Source of the DNA: an uncultured Gammaproteobacteria bacterium
GTDB lineage: Bacteria > Patescibacteriota > Patescibacteriia > UBA1558 > 2-01-FULL-52-15
NCBI GenBank assembly: GCA_964540995.1
Contig: CAZIOU010000001.1
Coordinates: 103,407-167,406, forward strand
Length of the DNA stretch: 64,000 nucleotides
Direction: 5' to 3'
Each line of letters starts with the position of its first letter. Within the stretch, counting starts at the first letter, position 1. This document shows positions 1 to 9,660 of the stretch, piece after piece. Position numbers and translations under genes: made by a program. The notes under the pieces are model-generated. The model had not been told where the DNA came from. It saw nothing but the letters and a program-made list of their open reading frames with translations, and searched no databases.

Positions 1-156
1 ATCAGCTTTGACTTGCGTGCCGGCGCCACTATGGTGATCGCGGCTCTGATTGCCCAAGGCGAAAGTACTATTACCAATATCAATCAAGTTGATCGGGGAT
101 ATGAGGCGATTGATGAGAGGTTGAAGGCTTTGGGGGCGGAAATTTCTAGGAGTTAG
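1..156 (+). CDS. murA: UDP-N-acetylglucosamine 1-carboxyvinyltransferase MurA, C-terminal fragment (5' end outside window)
   Basis: Frame-1 translation [51 protein letters not shown] resembles the conserved MurA C-terminus. Stop TAG at 154-156. Confidence 0.65.
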   Translation: MSFDLRAGATMVIAALIAQGESTITNINQVDRGYEAIDERLKALGAEISRS

Positions 157-178
157 GAAGTAGGCATTAGGAATTAGT

Positions 179-511
179 ATGTCGAAAGTAAATTTGAAAA
201 GGGATAAATACAAAAGCTCGCGCGGCGGTTATTCGCGTTTGTTGGATATTCACTGTTATAAATGTCAGTTTTTAGTTCTGACCTATCAGAAAGATGGCCC
301 TGGTACTATTCGACGTTTATATATGGATAGGATATTTTCTCCCGAAAGATTGGTTGATTTGCAGAAGCACAACCTCAAAGATATAGCTCCTTTGAAATGT
401 TCTAAATGTGGATTTATTATGGGAATGCCCTATATTTACGAGAAAGAAAAACGTAAAGCCTTTAGAGTATTTCAAGATGCTTTGATAAAAAAGATAACAA
501 AAGTAAAATAA
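179..511 (+). CDS. hypothetical protein with CxxC...CxxC zinc-ribbon-like motifs
   Basis: 110-aa ORF with paired cysteines (CYKC ... CSKCG). No family recognised. Confidence 0.45.
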   Translation: MSKVNLKRDKYKSSRGGYSRLLDIHCYKCQFLVLTYQKDGPGTIRRLYMDRIFSPERLVDLQKHNLKDIAPLKCSKCGFIMGMPYIYEKEKRKAFRVFQDALIKKITKVK

Positions 512-515
512 TAAT

Positions 516-893
516 ATGCTCAAAATCTTTAAATCCATCCTCGCAGTAGTCGCCGGTTTCCTCACTATCGCAGTTTTGAGTATCGTCACAGACACGATAT
601 TAGAAATGACTCATGTTTTCCCGCCGCTGACGGAGAAGTCAGCTGATTGGATGTTAGTGTTAGCTTTGGTCTATCGCTGTGCCTATTCTGTATTAGGTGG
701 CTACGTAGTAGCACGTTTGGCGCCTAGTAAGCCGATGAAACATGCGGTTATCTTGCTTATCCTCGGTACGATCGTGGGTACACTTGGTGCAGTGGCCAAC
801 TGGGATAAATCGGTCGGGCAGGAGTGGTACCCAGTTTTGCTCGTCTTATTGTCTATTCCGGCGGTGTGGTGGGGCGGTAGAATGAAGAAGTAG
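516..893 (+). CDS. hypothetical integral membrane protein
   Basis: 125-aa ORF with several hydrophobic helices. Starts 5 nt after the previous stop. Confidence 0.5.
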   Translation: MLKIFKSILAVVAGFLTIAVLSIVTDTILEMTHVFPPLTEKSADWMLVLALVYRCAYSVLGGYVVARLAPSKPMKHAVILLILGTIVGTLGAVANWDKSVGQEWYPVLLVLLSIPAVWWGGRMKK

Positions 894-1026
894 GACGTCT
901 GGCCTAACCCCTCTGTCATTTCGAGTGTTCTCGCACGAGAAATCATTATTATAGTTAATGGACTAGAGTAATGATTTCTCCGCTCCCCAAAGTCGGTCGA
1001 AATGACTACGGTAGTGGCCAGACGTC
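894..1026. repeat. 133-bp nested imperfect inverted repeat (three matching arm blocks of 11, 10 and 12 bp)
   Basis: Outer gacgtctggcc (894-904) pairs with ggccagacgtc (1016-1026). Middle gtcatttcga pairs with tcgaaatgac. Inner gagaaatcatta pairs with taatgatttctc. Lies between the membrane-protein stop and ctpA. Confidence 0.6.
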
Positions 1027-1081
1027 ATGATTTTGCCCCCAGCCTCAAAGTACGATATACTACCCAAGTATAAATTTCCTC

Positions 1082-2329
1082 ATGGCTAAAACTGTTACTA
1101 CATCCGAACCCAAACGCAGCAACAAGATAGGCTGGCTTGTGGTCGTCGCGGTGGCTTTCTTGGCTGGGTATTTCCTCGCCTTATCCGACGGCAGATCTAG
1201 TGATCAGCCGTTTAATTGGTTTCATTTTAAACAAAGTGGTGACCAGTTGGCTCAGAATCATGCTCGTGATTTCACTACTTTCTGGAAAGTGTGGGACCTG
1301 TTGAAAACTGAATACGTCGACCGTTCCAAGTTGGACGAACAGCAACTGTATTATGGTGCGATCAAAGGCATGGTTGATGCCGTCGGTGACCCTCACACTC
1401 TATTCCTCCCACCCAAAGAAAATGAAGAGTTCACTACTGATCTCAATGGTTCATTTGATGGTATCGGAGCAGAAATTAGTAGCAAGAATGGCAATCTCGA
1501 AGTTGTAGCACCCTTGCCGGGAAGTCCAGCCGAGAAAGCCGGTATCCGCGCTGGCGATATTATCCTTTCGGTCGATGACACGCAGGCCAAAGATCTGAAC
1601 TTAGACGAAGCGGTAGCTAAGATCCGTGGCGCCAAAGGCACGTCAGTTACTTTGATGGTTTTGCACAAGGCTGATACCAAACCGGAGAAGATAGTGGTCA
1701 AGCGTGATACTATTGATTTCCCGGTAGTGACCACTTCCATCAATGATCAGAATATTGCGACCATTCGTATCGTTAGCTTCAATCAAGAAGTTGATAAGAA
1801 GTTTATCTCGGCGTTAAACGACATCAATAAGAAAAATATCAAAGGTTTGATTATCGATTTACGCAATAACCCCGGTGGCTATCTCGATCAAGCAGTTACG
1901 GTCGCCAGTGCTTGGGTCAAAGAAGGTGATCTGGTGGTTAAAGAGTCGTTTACCGACACCGGCAAAGATATTAGCTATAGCGCCAAGAAATCGGTCCTCG
2001 CACCTCAAGTCCCGACAGTAGTCTTGATCAATGGTGGTTCGGCTTCAGCTTCAGAGATTCTAGCCGGTGCACTTCAAGATTATGGCCTGGCTACACTAGT
2101 CGGCGAGAAGTCCTATGGTAAAGGTTCGGTGCAGAATTTGGAGCAACTCGTTGACGGTTCGGCGCTCAAAGTTACTGTCGCGAAGTGGTTAACACCTAAG
2201 GGCCGCTCTATCCAAGATCTGGGTATCCAACCAGATGTAGTGGTGACTTATACGGAAGATGATTCCAAAGCCGACAAAGATCCGCAAATGGATAAAGCCA
2301 TCGAAATAATTAGCACTAAGAAGCCATGA
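1082..2329 (+). CDS. carboxy-terminal processing protease (S41 family, PDZ domain)
   Basis: PDZ-like GIRAGDIILSVDD, S41 signature DLRNNPGG, and a catalytic-region GGSASASEILAGALQD. Confidence 0.85.
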   Translation: MAKTVTTSEPKRSNKIGWLVVVAVAFLAGYFLALSDGRSSDQPFNWFHFKQSGDQLAQNHARDFTTFWKVWDLLKTEYVDRSKLDEQQLYYGAIKGMVDAVGDPHTLFLPPKENEEFTTDLNGSFDGIGAEISSKNGNLEVVAPLPGSPAEKAGIRAGDIILSVDDTQAKDLNLDEAVAKIRGAKGTSVTLMVLHKADTKPEKIVVKRDTIDFPVVTTSINDQNIATIRIVSFNQEVDKKFISALNDINKKNIKGLIIDLRNNPGGYLDQAVTVASAWVKEGDLVVKESFTDTGKDISYSAKKSVLAPQVPTVVLINGGSASASEILAGALQDYGLATLVGEKSYGKGSVQNLEQLVDGSALKVTVAKWLTPKGRSIQDLGIQPDVVVTYTEDDSKADKDPQMDKAIEIISTKKP

Positions 2330-2757
2330 AAGTAGTCCTCCTACAGCAGGTACCAAATATTGGGAACAAAGGAGAAGTCAAAATTGTCCGTGACGGTTTC
2401 GCGGCCAATTTTTTGATTCCTCAGAAATTGGCGCAACCGGTCAATGACTCATATATCCCACCGAAAATTAGTGACGTAGTAGCTACAGCGGTGGCTAGTG
2501 GTTTACTCAAAGGACTTGATGGCGCCACCATATCGATCAGCGCCAAAGTAACTGGGGCCAAGAATCTTTATGCTGGTATCGGCGTTGAAGAAATTATCAA
2601 GCAGATCAAGCAACAATTGGGCATCACGCTGACAGAGAAAAATCTGAAAGACTTCAAATCCTTGAAACACGTAGGACATTTCCGCTTGCCTGTCGTCAGT
2701 GGTAAAGAAAAAGCGATGCTAACCGTAAATGTCAAAGCCGAAACCCATGGCGATTAA
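2326..2757 (+). CDS. rplI: 50S ribosomal protein L9
   Basis: N-terminus MKVVLLQQVPNIGNKGEVKIVRDGFAANFLIPQKLA matches the L9 consensus. Overlaps the upstream stop by 4 nt. Confidence 0.85.
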   Translation: MKVVLLQQVPNIGNKGEVKIVRDGFAANFLIPQKLAQPVNDSYIPPKISDVVATAVASGLLKGLDGATISISAKVTGAKNLYAGIGVEEIIKQIKQQLGITLTEKNLKDFKSLKHVGHFRLPVVSGKEKAMLTVNVKAETHGD

Positions 2758-4411
2758 TACCAAATATATTTTTGTCGTTGGTGGAGTGATGTCGGGCGTC
2801 GGCAAAGGCGTGACGACTGCTTCCATCGCCAAGATTTTGCAGTCCAAAGGTTTTAGCGTCACTGCCATCAAGGTTGACCCTTATATCAATGTCGATGCCG
2901 GCACCATGAATCCCACCATTCATGGTGAAGTTTTTGTTACTATTGATGGTGACGAGACGGACCAAGATATCGGCAATTACGAACGCTTCCTCAACGTCGA
3001 TATCCCTCGGGCCAATTATATGACTACCGGCCGCGTCTATCTGTCGGTGATTCAGAAAGAACGTAACTTAGGCTATAACGGCGACAATGTTCAAGTGGTG
3101 CCGGATATTCCTAATGAAATTATTGCGCGTATCAAGCGAGCGTCTCGCCTAGCCAAGGCTGATTTCACCATCGTTGAGATTGGCGGCACCGTCGGCGAAT
3201 ATGAGAATCTGATTTTCCTCGAGGCAGCGCGAATGATGAAGCTCAAGACACCGCGTGATGTTTTGTTTGTCTTGGTTAGCTATTTACCGATCCCCGCCAA
3301 AGTCGGGGAGATGAAGACCAAACCGACGCAACACGCTTCACGCACTCTCAATAGCGCCGGCATCCAGGCGGACTTCATCGTCTGCCGGTCAGAGCATCCC
3401 CTAGACCGTAAGCGTCGAGAGAAGATCGCTACTTTCTGTAATGTGAATCCTGAAGATGCTATCTCGGCACCGGATGTAGAAAGTATCTATGATATTCCGG
3501 TTAATTTCGAGAAGAATGATCTGGGCAATAAGATTTTGGTCAAATTTGGTCTGAAACCTCGCAAGAAAGATATGCATGAGTGGCGAGCGATGGTAAGTAA
3601 ATTGAAAAGTTTGGCCAAGAATGCGAGCACCAAGAAAAGCGGCAAAGTCAAAGTTGGGGTGGTGGGGAAGTACTTCATGTCGGGTGATTATGTTTTGTCT
3701 GATGTCTATATTTCTGTTATTGAAGCGATCAAGCACGCCGGTGTAGCAGCAGGAGTGAAGCCAGAATTGATCTGGATCGATTCGGCTGATTTCGAGACAC
3801 CGCGCGCTTCGATGAAAGTATTGGATTCCGTCGATGCCATTATTGTCCCTGGTGGTTTTGGTAGCCGCGGTATCAAAGGTGTACTCAAAGCCATCGAATA
3901 TGCTCGGACTAAGAAGATTCCTTATCTGGGTTTGTGCTACGGTATGCAGCTAGCGACGATCGAATTCGCTCGTAATGTCGCTGGTATCAAGACCGCGGAA
4001 ACAGTGGAGATTGATCCCAAGACCAGAGATGCGGTGATTCATGTGAACGAGCAACAAGCCAAAAATATGGCAGAGAAAAATTTCGGCAATTCGATGCGTC
4101 TCGGAGGTTATACTTGTATTTTGAAAGAAGGTACGTTGGCTCGTAAGCTCTATGGTCAGCGCAAAATCGTCGAACGGCATCGCCATCGTTATGAATTTAA
4201 TAATCATTATCTGAAACCACTGGTCAAGGCCGGCTTGGTTTTCTCTGGTATTTGTCCCGATAATAATCTGGTAGAAGTGATTGAATTACCGACAAGCATT
4301 CATCCCTATTTCATCGCTACTCAATTCCATCCCGAATTACAATCCCGACCCTTACGACCACATCCCTTGTTCGTCGGGTTATTGCAGGCCGCCAAGAAAC
4401 GAGGTCATTAA
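2747..4411 (+). CDS. pyrG: CTP synthase
   Basis: TKYIFVVGGVMSGVGKGV N-terminal synthetase motif and C-terminal glutamine amidotransferase GLCYGMQ. Start at ATG 2747 (MAINTKYIF) preferred over 2729. Either start overlaps the rplI 3' end. Confidence 0.9.
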   Translation: MAINTKYIFVVGGVMSGVGKGVTTASIAKILQSKGFSVTAIKVDPYINVDAGTMNPTIHGEVFVTIDGDETDQDIGNYERFLNVDIPRANYMTTGRVYLSVIQKERNLGYNGDNVQVVPDIPNEIIARIKRASRLAKADFTIVEIGGTVGEYENLIFLEAARMMKLKTPRDVLFVLVSYLPIPAKVGEMKTKPTQHASRTLNSAGIQADFIVCRSEHPLDRKRREKIATFCNVNPEDAISAPDVESIYDIPVNFEKNDLGNKILVKFGLKPRKKDMHEWRAMVSKLKSLAKNASTKKSGKVKVGVVGKYFMSGDYVLSDVYISVIEAIKHAGVAAGVKPELIWIDSADFETPRASMKVLDSVDAIIVPGGFGSRGIKGVLKAIEYARTKKIPYLGLCYGMQLATIEFARNVAGIKTAETVEIDPKTRDAVIHVNEQQAKNMAEKNFGNSMRLGGYTCILKEGTLARKLYGQRKIVERHRHRYEFNNHYLKPLVKAGLVFSGICPDNNLVEVIELPTSIHPYFIATQFHPELQSRPLRPHPLFVGLLQAAKKRGH

Positions 4412-4432
4412 GCGCAAAATCGGTAAGATGCC

Positions 4433-4456
4433 AAACAGGAATTATCCTGTTTTTTG
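4433..4456 (+). terminator. Rho-independent terminator after pyrG
   Basis: Hairpin aacagga-atta-tcctgtt followed by TTTTT. Confidence 0.6.
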
Positions 4457-4760
4457 CTATACTTTGTCACTATCTAGCTGGGGCGGTAATAGTATGGCCA
4501 CCACTGCGTCACTACATATGCAAGGTCGAATAGATCTCGGAACTATGTAACTAGATAAGCGCGCTTAGCTTGCTCATAGTTCTTCTAATTATTAACCTAT
4601 TACACTATGAATATTAAATTAATTTTTCGCAGACAATTATTAAGTTTGGTCGTAATCGGACTTTTAGGGTTGGGCGGTTAGCGCTGGATTTGATACTCAT
4701 CATGACAAGTATGGTGTCAAATTCAAATTCGAAGCCAGCATCGGTGTTATTGAATATTGG

Positions 4761-5075
4761 TTGACCCATTGGCAGGCCAAGGCGCTCTTCCAACCGAGAG
4801 ATGTTGAACTCGGTTCTTACGTTGGCATCCCCGCTGACCGAGTGAAGTTTGTGAGAACAACTTTGAATGATGCGGACGTAGCGGGCATAATCCAAAAGAT
4901 TAAAGCCATTATTGCTATCTATTCTAACGATGCGGAAAGTGAGAGGCAAGTTGAACTTAGCGAAATAAGGTGGCACGCTCGTGTGCTTGGCTTGAATAAA
5001 TGCTGGGACTACGTCGTCCTTACTGTTGAGTTTTTGACGCGGCTGCAGAAGCTACGGCAAGAACAGAAAGCGTAA
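4761..5075 (+). CDS. hypothetical protein (weakly supported, TTG start, no SD)
   Basis: 104-aa ORF ending 5 nt before a bidirectional hairpin terminator. Overlapping antisense ORF 4614..4976 is the alternative. Confidence 0.3.
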   Translation: MTHWQAKALFQPRDVELGSYVGIPADRVKFVRTTLNDADVAGIIQKIKAIIAIYSNDAESERQVELSEIRWHARVLGLNKCWDYVVLTVEFLTRLQKLRQEQKA

Positions 5076-5079
5076 ATAC

Positions 5080-5122
5080 ATACACCCCGCGATCGAGCAC
5101 AGCTCGCCGCGGGGTGTTTTTT
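5080..5122. terminator. bidirectional hairpin terminator between convergent genes
   Basis: 9-bp stem caccccgcg/cgcggggtg (5083-5091 and 5108-5116) with an A-tract upstream and T6 downstream. Confidence 0.6.
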
Positions 5123-5480
5123 ATTCTTCACAGATGTCTAGCGTCTCGATCTGGAAACTGAGTTCATCCAGGATCAGAAGTTGCTCCGCCAGCTCCTTCA
5201 TGTGTGTAGTGAAGTGATGGCGGGTGAAGTCATCCAATGAGCCGTGAGTTTTGACGAACATACTGGCTTCGGCACGAACCAGATAACCGATCATAGACAG
5301 TCTATTCTTTTCCAATCGCTCACGCTCAGCATGTAATCTCAGATCATACCAACCGTTATTGTGAACGCGTCCAACTTCTTCCCACTGTATCATGTTGAAA
5401 GCGCCGACAGGATAGAAGAGTTTAAGCTTGGCAAATATTGCTGCTGCTTTGGGACTGAGGGTTTCGACGTCTCTGGCCAT
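5121..5480 (-). CDS. hypothetical protein
   Basis: 119-aa ORF with a perfect AAGGAGG Shine-Dalgarno 7 nt upstream of the ATG at 5480. Confidence 0.65.
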   Translation of the reverse strand: MARDVETLSPKAAAIFAKLKLFYPVGAFNMIQWEEVGRVHNNGWYDLRLHAERERLEKNRLSMIGYLVRAEASMFVKTHGSLDDFTRHHFTTHMKELAEQLLILDELSFQIETLDICEE

Positions 5481-5615
5481 GGGTGACCTCCTTGAGAGTT
5501 GATGCTGAGATAAGGGACAGTAAGCTGAGTCATTTAAACATAGCCACCATGTCTGGTCAATTCAATTGACAAAGACATAGAAACATATTACTTTATCTTG
5601 GTATTAATTATATAT

Positions 5616-5689
5616 TCGGGGATCGTCTAATGGTAGGACAGTGGCCTTTGAAGCCATCAATCATGGTTCGAATCCATGTCCCCGAGCCA
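5616..5689 (+). tRNA. tRNA-Gln (anticodon UUG), CCA encoded
   Basis: Cloverleaf with acceptor tcgggga/tccccga, D-stem gtc/gac, anticodon loop cTTTGaa and T-loop ttcgaatcc. Confidence 0.85.
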
Positions 5690-5851
5690 CCCTGCGTCGT
5701 CAAGAGACGACTTCGGGTGGTCTCCGACCACACGACGAGACGAAGTCTCATGCAGGGTAGTCACCCGAAGCTTTAGCGAAGGGTGACAAAAGCAATTTTT
5801 AAAAGGTCTGAAAGGGCTGTTTTTTATTCTAACCTCACTGCATATGAGTTG

Positions 5852-5860
5852 TGCTATAAT
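5852..5860 (+). promoter_or_regulatory. extended -10 promoter element (TGcTATAAT) for eno
   Basis: Perfect TATAAT at 5855-5860 with TG at 5852-5853, about 34 nt upstream of the eno ATG. Confidence 0.5.
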
Positions 5861-5893
5861 GATTTGACCCTATTAATAGACTATTAAGTAATT

Positions 5894-7183
5894 ATGAAAA
5901 TTCAACGAATTCAAGGCAGAGAAATCCTCGATTCACGAGGTAACCCCACCCTAGAAGCTGACGTTTATTTGGATAATGGCTCTATGGGCAGAGCCGCTGT
6001 ACCTTCCGGAGCGTCCACTGGCTCTCATGAGGCTCATGAGCTCCGTGATGGCGATCCTAATCGTTATAACGGCAAAGGAGTATCGCAAGCAGTGGCTAAT
6101 GTGAATGGACCGATTGCACAGGCATTACAAGGTGTCGATGCTGCTGATCAGAAGAATATTGACGATATTATGATCAAGCTTGATGGTACGGAGAACAAAG
6201 AAAAGCTAGGAGCTAATGCTATATTAGCCGTTTCTCTCGCCGTAGCCAAAGCAGCTGCTGCCAGTCAGAATATTCCTTTGTTCCAACATATCAATCAACT
6301 GGCCAACCACCCGGCTATGTCTTTGCCCTTGCCGCTATGTAACATTATCAACGGTGGTAAGCACGCTGCTGGCTCGACCGATATTCAGGAGTTCATGATC
6401 ATGCCGGTCGGTGCTAGTACCTTCCGACAAGCTATACAGATGTCGGCTGAGATTTTCCACGCTTTGGGCAAATTGTTATCACAGAAAGGCTACGCCACTA
6501 CCGTCGGTGATGAAGGTGGTTACGCGCCAGCTGTTCGCGAGGGCAATTCAGAAGCGTTGTCACTTATCAGCGAAGCAGTGACTATGGCTGGCTATCGTGC
6601 TGGTGAGGATGTAGTTTACGCACTCGATGTGGCTGCTACCGAACTATATCAAGACGGCTCGTATGTACTAGCTACGGAGAAGACCCAGAAGTCAGCTGAA
6701 GAAATGATTGCTTTCTACCAACAGTTGACGACCAACTATCCAGTGTATTCGATCGAAGATGGTTTAGCCGAAGATGATTGGGCCAATTGGACTAAGCTGA
6801 CGGCCAGCCTCGGTGCGAGCAAACAAATTGTCGGCGATGATCTATTGGTAACCAATGTTCGGTTCTTGAAAAGGGGAATAGAGGAGCAAGCTGCTAATGC
6901 TATCTTGGTTAAGGTCAATCAGATTGGAACGTTATCAGAAACTATCGACGCGGTTACGATGGCTCAAGCAGCTGGTTGGAAAGCGGTCATCTCGCATCGT
7001 TCCGGTGAAACTGAAGATACTTCTATCGCGCACATTGCCGTTGGCTTGGGTTGCGGTCAGATCAAAGCTGGCTCCATGTCCCGCACCGATCGTGTGGCGA
7101 AATATAATGAGTTATTGCGTATCGAAGAGCTTCTGGGAGACAAGGCTGCTTTCGCTGGTCGCCAAGCTATCATCAAAGAATAA
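5894..7183 (+). CDS. eno: enolase (phosphopyruvate hydratase)
   Basis: [24 protein letters not shown]... gives a full-length match to the enolase consensus. Confidence 0.95.
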   Translation: MKIQRIQGREILDSRGNPTLEADVYLDNGSMGRAAVPSGASTGSHEAHELRDGDPNRYNGKGVSQAVANVNGPIAQALQGVDAADQKNIDDIMIKLDGTENKEKLGANAILAVSLAVAKAAAASQNIPLFQHINQLANHPAMSLPLPLCNIINGGKHAAGSTDIQEFMIMPVGASTFRQAIQMSAEIFHALGKLLSQKGYATTVGDEGGYAPAVREGNSEALSLISEAVTMAGYRAGEDVVYALDVAATELYQDGSYVLATEKTQKSAEEMIAFYQQLTTNYPVYSIEDGLAEDDWANWTKLTASLGASKQIVGDDLLVTNVRFLKRGIEEQAANAILVKVNQIGTLSETIDAVTMAQAAGWKAVISHRSGETEDTSIAHIAVGLGCGQIKAGSMSRTDRVAKYNELLRIEELLGDKAAFAGRQAIIKE

Positions 7184-7186
7184 TCT

Positions 7187-7798
7187 ATGGCCAAACTTTT
7201 CTTAGTACGTCACGGCAAATCAACCTGGAACGATCTCGGCTTATGGACCGGTCATACTGATGTCGACCTCACACCCGAAGGCGAGGAGGAGGCTCGCCAA
7301 GCTGGTCAAGCAATGCGTCATGAGACGATTCATCGCGCTTTCGTCTCGCCTTTGAAACGTACCAGACAAACCTTGCAGCATATCCAACAAGTCTTGGAGC
7401 TGGCGGAGCTGGATATCCAAGAGCATCCAGCCATTATTGAACGGCACTACGGTGTACACACGGGCAAGAATAAATGGCAGGTCAAAGATGAGATTGGCGA
7501 GGAAGCTTTCCAGAGTATTCGCCGCGGCTGGGATACACCGATTCCTGAAGGCGAGACTTTGAAAGATGTCTATGACCGCGTGAAGCCGTATTACGAAGAG
7601 CATATCAAGCCCGAGTTAACGCAAGCCAAAAATATCCTTATCGTGGCTCACGGTAATTCATTACGCGCCCTAGTCAAACACTTAGAAGATCTGACCGAAG
7701 AAGAGATTGTCGGAGTGGAGATCGGTACTGGCGAGGTGCATTGTTATAGCTTGGATGAGAGTGGCAAAGTGGTAGAGAAGGAAGTGTTAAAAGTCTAG
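7187..7798 (+). CDS. histidine phosphatase / phosphoglycerate mutase family protein (2,3-BPG-dependent type)
   Basis: LVRHGKSTWN catalytic His motif, HGNSLRAL second His motif. Sits directly after eno. Confidence 0.8.
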   Translation: MAKLFLVRHGKSTWNDLGLWTGHTDVDLTPEGEEEARQAGQAMRHETIHRAFVSPLKRTRQTLQHIQQVLELAELDIQEHPAIIERHYGVHTGKNKWQVKDEIGEEAFQSIRRGWDTPIPEGETLKDVYDRVKPYYEEHIKPELTQAKNILIVAHGNSLRALVKHLEDLTEEEIVGVEIGTGEVHCYSLDESGKVVEKEVLKV

Positions 7799-7827
7799 AA
7801 AATAATCACAGTATCCCGAATTTTTAA

Positions 7828-7857
7828 GAACAGTTTTCTACTGTTTTGAGATTTTTT
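7828..7857 (+). terminator. hairpin plus T-tract after the mutase gene
   Basis: aacag-ttttcta-ctgtt followed by ttgagatttttt. Overlaps the stop of the convergent minus-strand gene. Confidence 0.4.
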
Positions 7858-8419
7858 GCTGTCTGCGTCTTACTATCAACATGATTGAGAAGATAGCGTT
7901 CATCGTTGCCCAGGCTGCAACCCATAGAGTTGAAAGGATAGTATATTTTTCGATTGCTAGTAGTGCTAAGCCAAAACGAAATGAGTTCGTTATATAGAGT
8001 GATAATGTCTCAGTGTACGGCTGATGCCAAGATTTGCGGAATGTCGGGAAGAAGGCTAACACATCAGCAGTCACCGCCAGAAAGATTGATACTATCGGTT
8101 GGCTCGCTAGTAGCCAGAATATGATAGCTAGGAGTGATAAGATGGCGGTAATGGTATCAGAAATAGTAATATCCTTTTTGCCATTTTTGAGACTAAGAAA
8201 TACAACACCTAGACACAACAAGCCAGCTGAAATAGTTACCCAGGTTGCAGGACCTGCGCCGCCCTTAATTTGTAGAGCAACAATTAATATAGTTAGCAGT
8301 CCCCAGAGCGACCAACTGTAAACATGGGGATGAGTCTTGCCTTTTAAAATATCCCTATAATAAGGGATGTAGGCTAGAAAAGTTAAAATTACGGCAATGA
8401 TACCGAGTGTTGCTTTCAT
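7838..8419 (-). CDS. hypothetical integral membrane protein
   Basis: Multi-helix hydrophobic ORF. Start placed at the internal ATG (MKATLGII...) because the longer 8479 start would overlap the upstream gene. Confidence 0.5.
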   Translation of the reverse strand: MKATLGIIAVILTFLAYIPYYRDILKGKTHPHVYSWSLWGLLTILIVALQIKGGAGPATWVTISAGLLCLGVVFLSLKNGKKDITISDTITAILSLLAIIFWLLASQPIVSIFLAVTADVLAFFPTFRKSWHQPYTETLSLYITNSFRFGLALLAIEKYTILSTLWVAAWATMNAIFSIMLIVRRRQQKISKQ

Positions 8420-8448
8420 TGTATTACACTGTTTTAGTTTTGATCGTT

Positions 8449-8697
8449 CTAGCGATGTGTGCAGCCGGCCCAGCAGCACGGTCTACGCATGCCGCCTTTC
8501 ATTTTGGATAACGCTTTAGTGATGCGGATATTTCTGGTCTCGGCTAATTTACCCGAAGTAACCCAACAGATCCACTCATTACGTGCTAGTGGCGTGATGT
8601 CGTCCCACAGAGCTTGGACAGCCGGGACAGTAGCGATGGCTTGCTTCAGATCAGCTGGGAGCTGGTGTGGTGTTTTGGGGGTTGTAACTTTGCTCAT
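8449..8697 (-). CDS. YdeI/OmpD-associated family-like small protein
   Basis: 82 aa ending in the RPCCWAGCTHR motif typical of that family. Upstream of and co-oriented with the membrane protein. Confidence 0.5.
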   Translation of the reverse strand: MSKVTTPKTPHQLPADLKQAIATVPAVQALWDDITPLARNEWICWVTSGKLAETRNIRITKALSKMKGGMRRPCCWAGCTHR

Positions 8698-8788
8698 GGG
8701 GTCATTCTAGCAAAAAGTGGCTCATCTTGAAACCAGATGACTGTAATTGTGCCGATAGCCCATCTTTGCTACTATAGAGGCATTATTA

Positions 8789-9160
8789 TTGGCTAATTGC
8801 ATTATGAATCAACTGACTTCCGAGGAGAAACACGTCATTATCGATAAAGGCACTGAAGCACCATTCGTGGGTGAATATGTGAATACCATGGACACTGGTA
8901 TCTATGTCTGTCGTCAGTGTGATACACCTTTGTATACTTCAGAATCCAAATTCCGCTCTGACTGCGGTTGGCCTAGCTTCGATCAAGAGATAGCAGGCGC
9001 CGTCATAAGTACGCCCGATGACGATGGTAGCCGTACCGAGATTACCTGCGCTCACTGTGGCGGACATCTAGGACATGTCTTCACTGGTGAACATCTGACG
9101 GACAAAAATACTCGTCACTGTGTCAATTCGCTGTCGCTCAAATTTATCCCTGGTAACTAA
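8789..9160 (+). CDS. msrB: peptide-methionine (R)-S-oxide reductase MsrB
   Basis: Two CxxC zinc sites (CRQCDTPL and [12 protein letters not shown]) and GWPSF. Confidence 0.85.
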   Translation: MANCIMNQLTSEEKHVIIDKGTEAPFVGEYVNTMDTGIYVCRQCDTPLYTSESKFRSDCGWPSFDQEIAGAVISTPDDDGSRTEITCAHCGGHLGHVFTGEHLTDKNTRHCVNSLSLKFIPGN

Positions 9161-9161
9161 T

Positions 9162-9659
9162 ATGATCAAACAAGCTGTATTAGCGGGCGGTTGTTTCTGG
9201 GGTATGCAAGATCTGATCCGTAAGCAACCCGGGGTTGTGGCGACACGTGTCGGGTATACCGGAGGATCGGTGGATAATCCTACCTATGAGAATCATACGG
9301 GTCATGCGGAAGCGGTGCAGATTGATTTTGATGACAGCCAGACTTCCTATCGCGATATTCTCGATTTCTTCTTTCAGATTCACAATCCGACGACGCTCAA
9401 TCAACAAGGCAATGATCGCGGCACAGCCTATCGCTCAGCTATCTTCTATGCTAACGATGAGGAGAAGCGGCAAGCTCAAGATTTCATCGACATTGTGAAC
9501 AGTTCTGGTCGCTGGCCCGATCCCGTGGTGACGACTTTGGAACCACTGAAGCAATTCTATCTGGCAGAGGATTATCATCAGGACTATCTGATCAAGAATC
9601 CTGACGGCTACACCTGTCATGTGCGTCGCTTCGGTTCCTATTTAGATAATCAAAAATAA
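9162..9659 (+). CDS. msrA: peptide-methionine (S)-S-oxide reductase MsrA
   Basis: [13 protein letters not shown] active-site motif. Start at ATG 9162, 1 nt after the msrB stop. Confidence 0.85.
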   Translation: MIKQAVLAGGCFWGMQDLIRKQPGVVATRVGYTGGSVDNPTYENHTGHAEAVQIDFDDSQTSYRDILDFFFQIHNPTTLNQQGNDRGTAYRSAIFYANDEEKRQAQDFIDIVNSSGRWPDPVVTTLEPLKQFYLAEDYHQDYLIKNPDGYTCHVRRFGSYLDNQK

Positions 9660-9660
9660 T

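Noticed and set aside
2732-4207. Several antisense ORFs inside pyrG (2732..2965, 3401..3736, 3487..3678, 3706..3894, 3950..4207) and similar antisense ORFs inside eno, the methyltransferase, mgtA, recJ, mreB and others
   Set aside because: They are fully embedded in strongly supported genes on the other strand. Typical shadow ORFs.
4614-4976. 120-aa minus-strand ORF overlapping the 4761..5075 plus-strand ORF
   Set aside because: GTG start with no SD, and composition less protein-like. The plus-strand ORF is followed by a convergent bidirectional terminator, so I reported that one instead (still low confidence). Either could be wrong.
5566-5571. TTGACA -35-like hexamer upstream of tRNA-Gln
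   Set aside because: No convincing -10 at 17 nt spacing (TACTTT only), so not reported as a promoter.
8420-8479. Longer start (8479) for the membrane protein gene
   Set aside because: It would overlap the upstream YdeI-like gene by 30 nt. The internal ATG at 8419 gives a clean junction.
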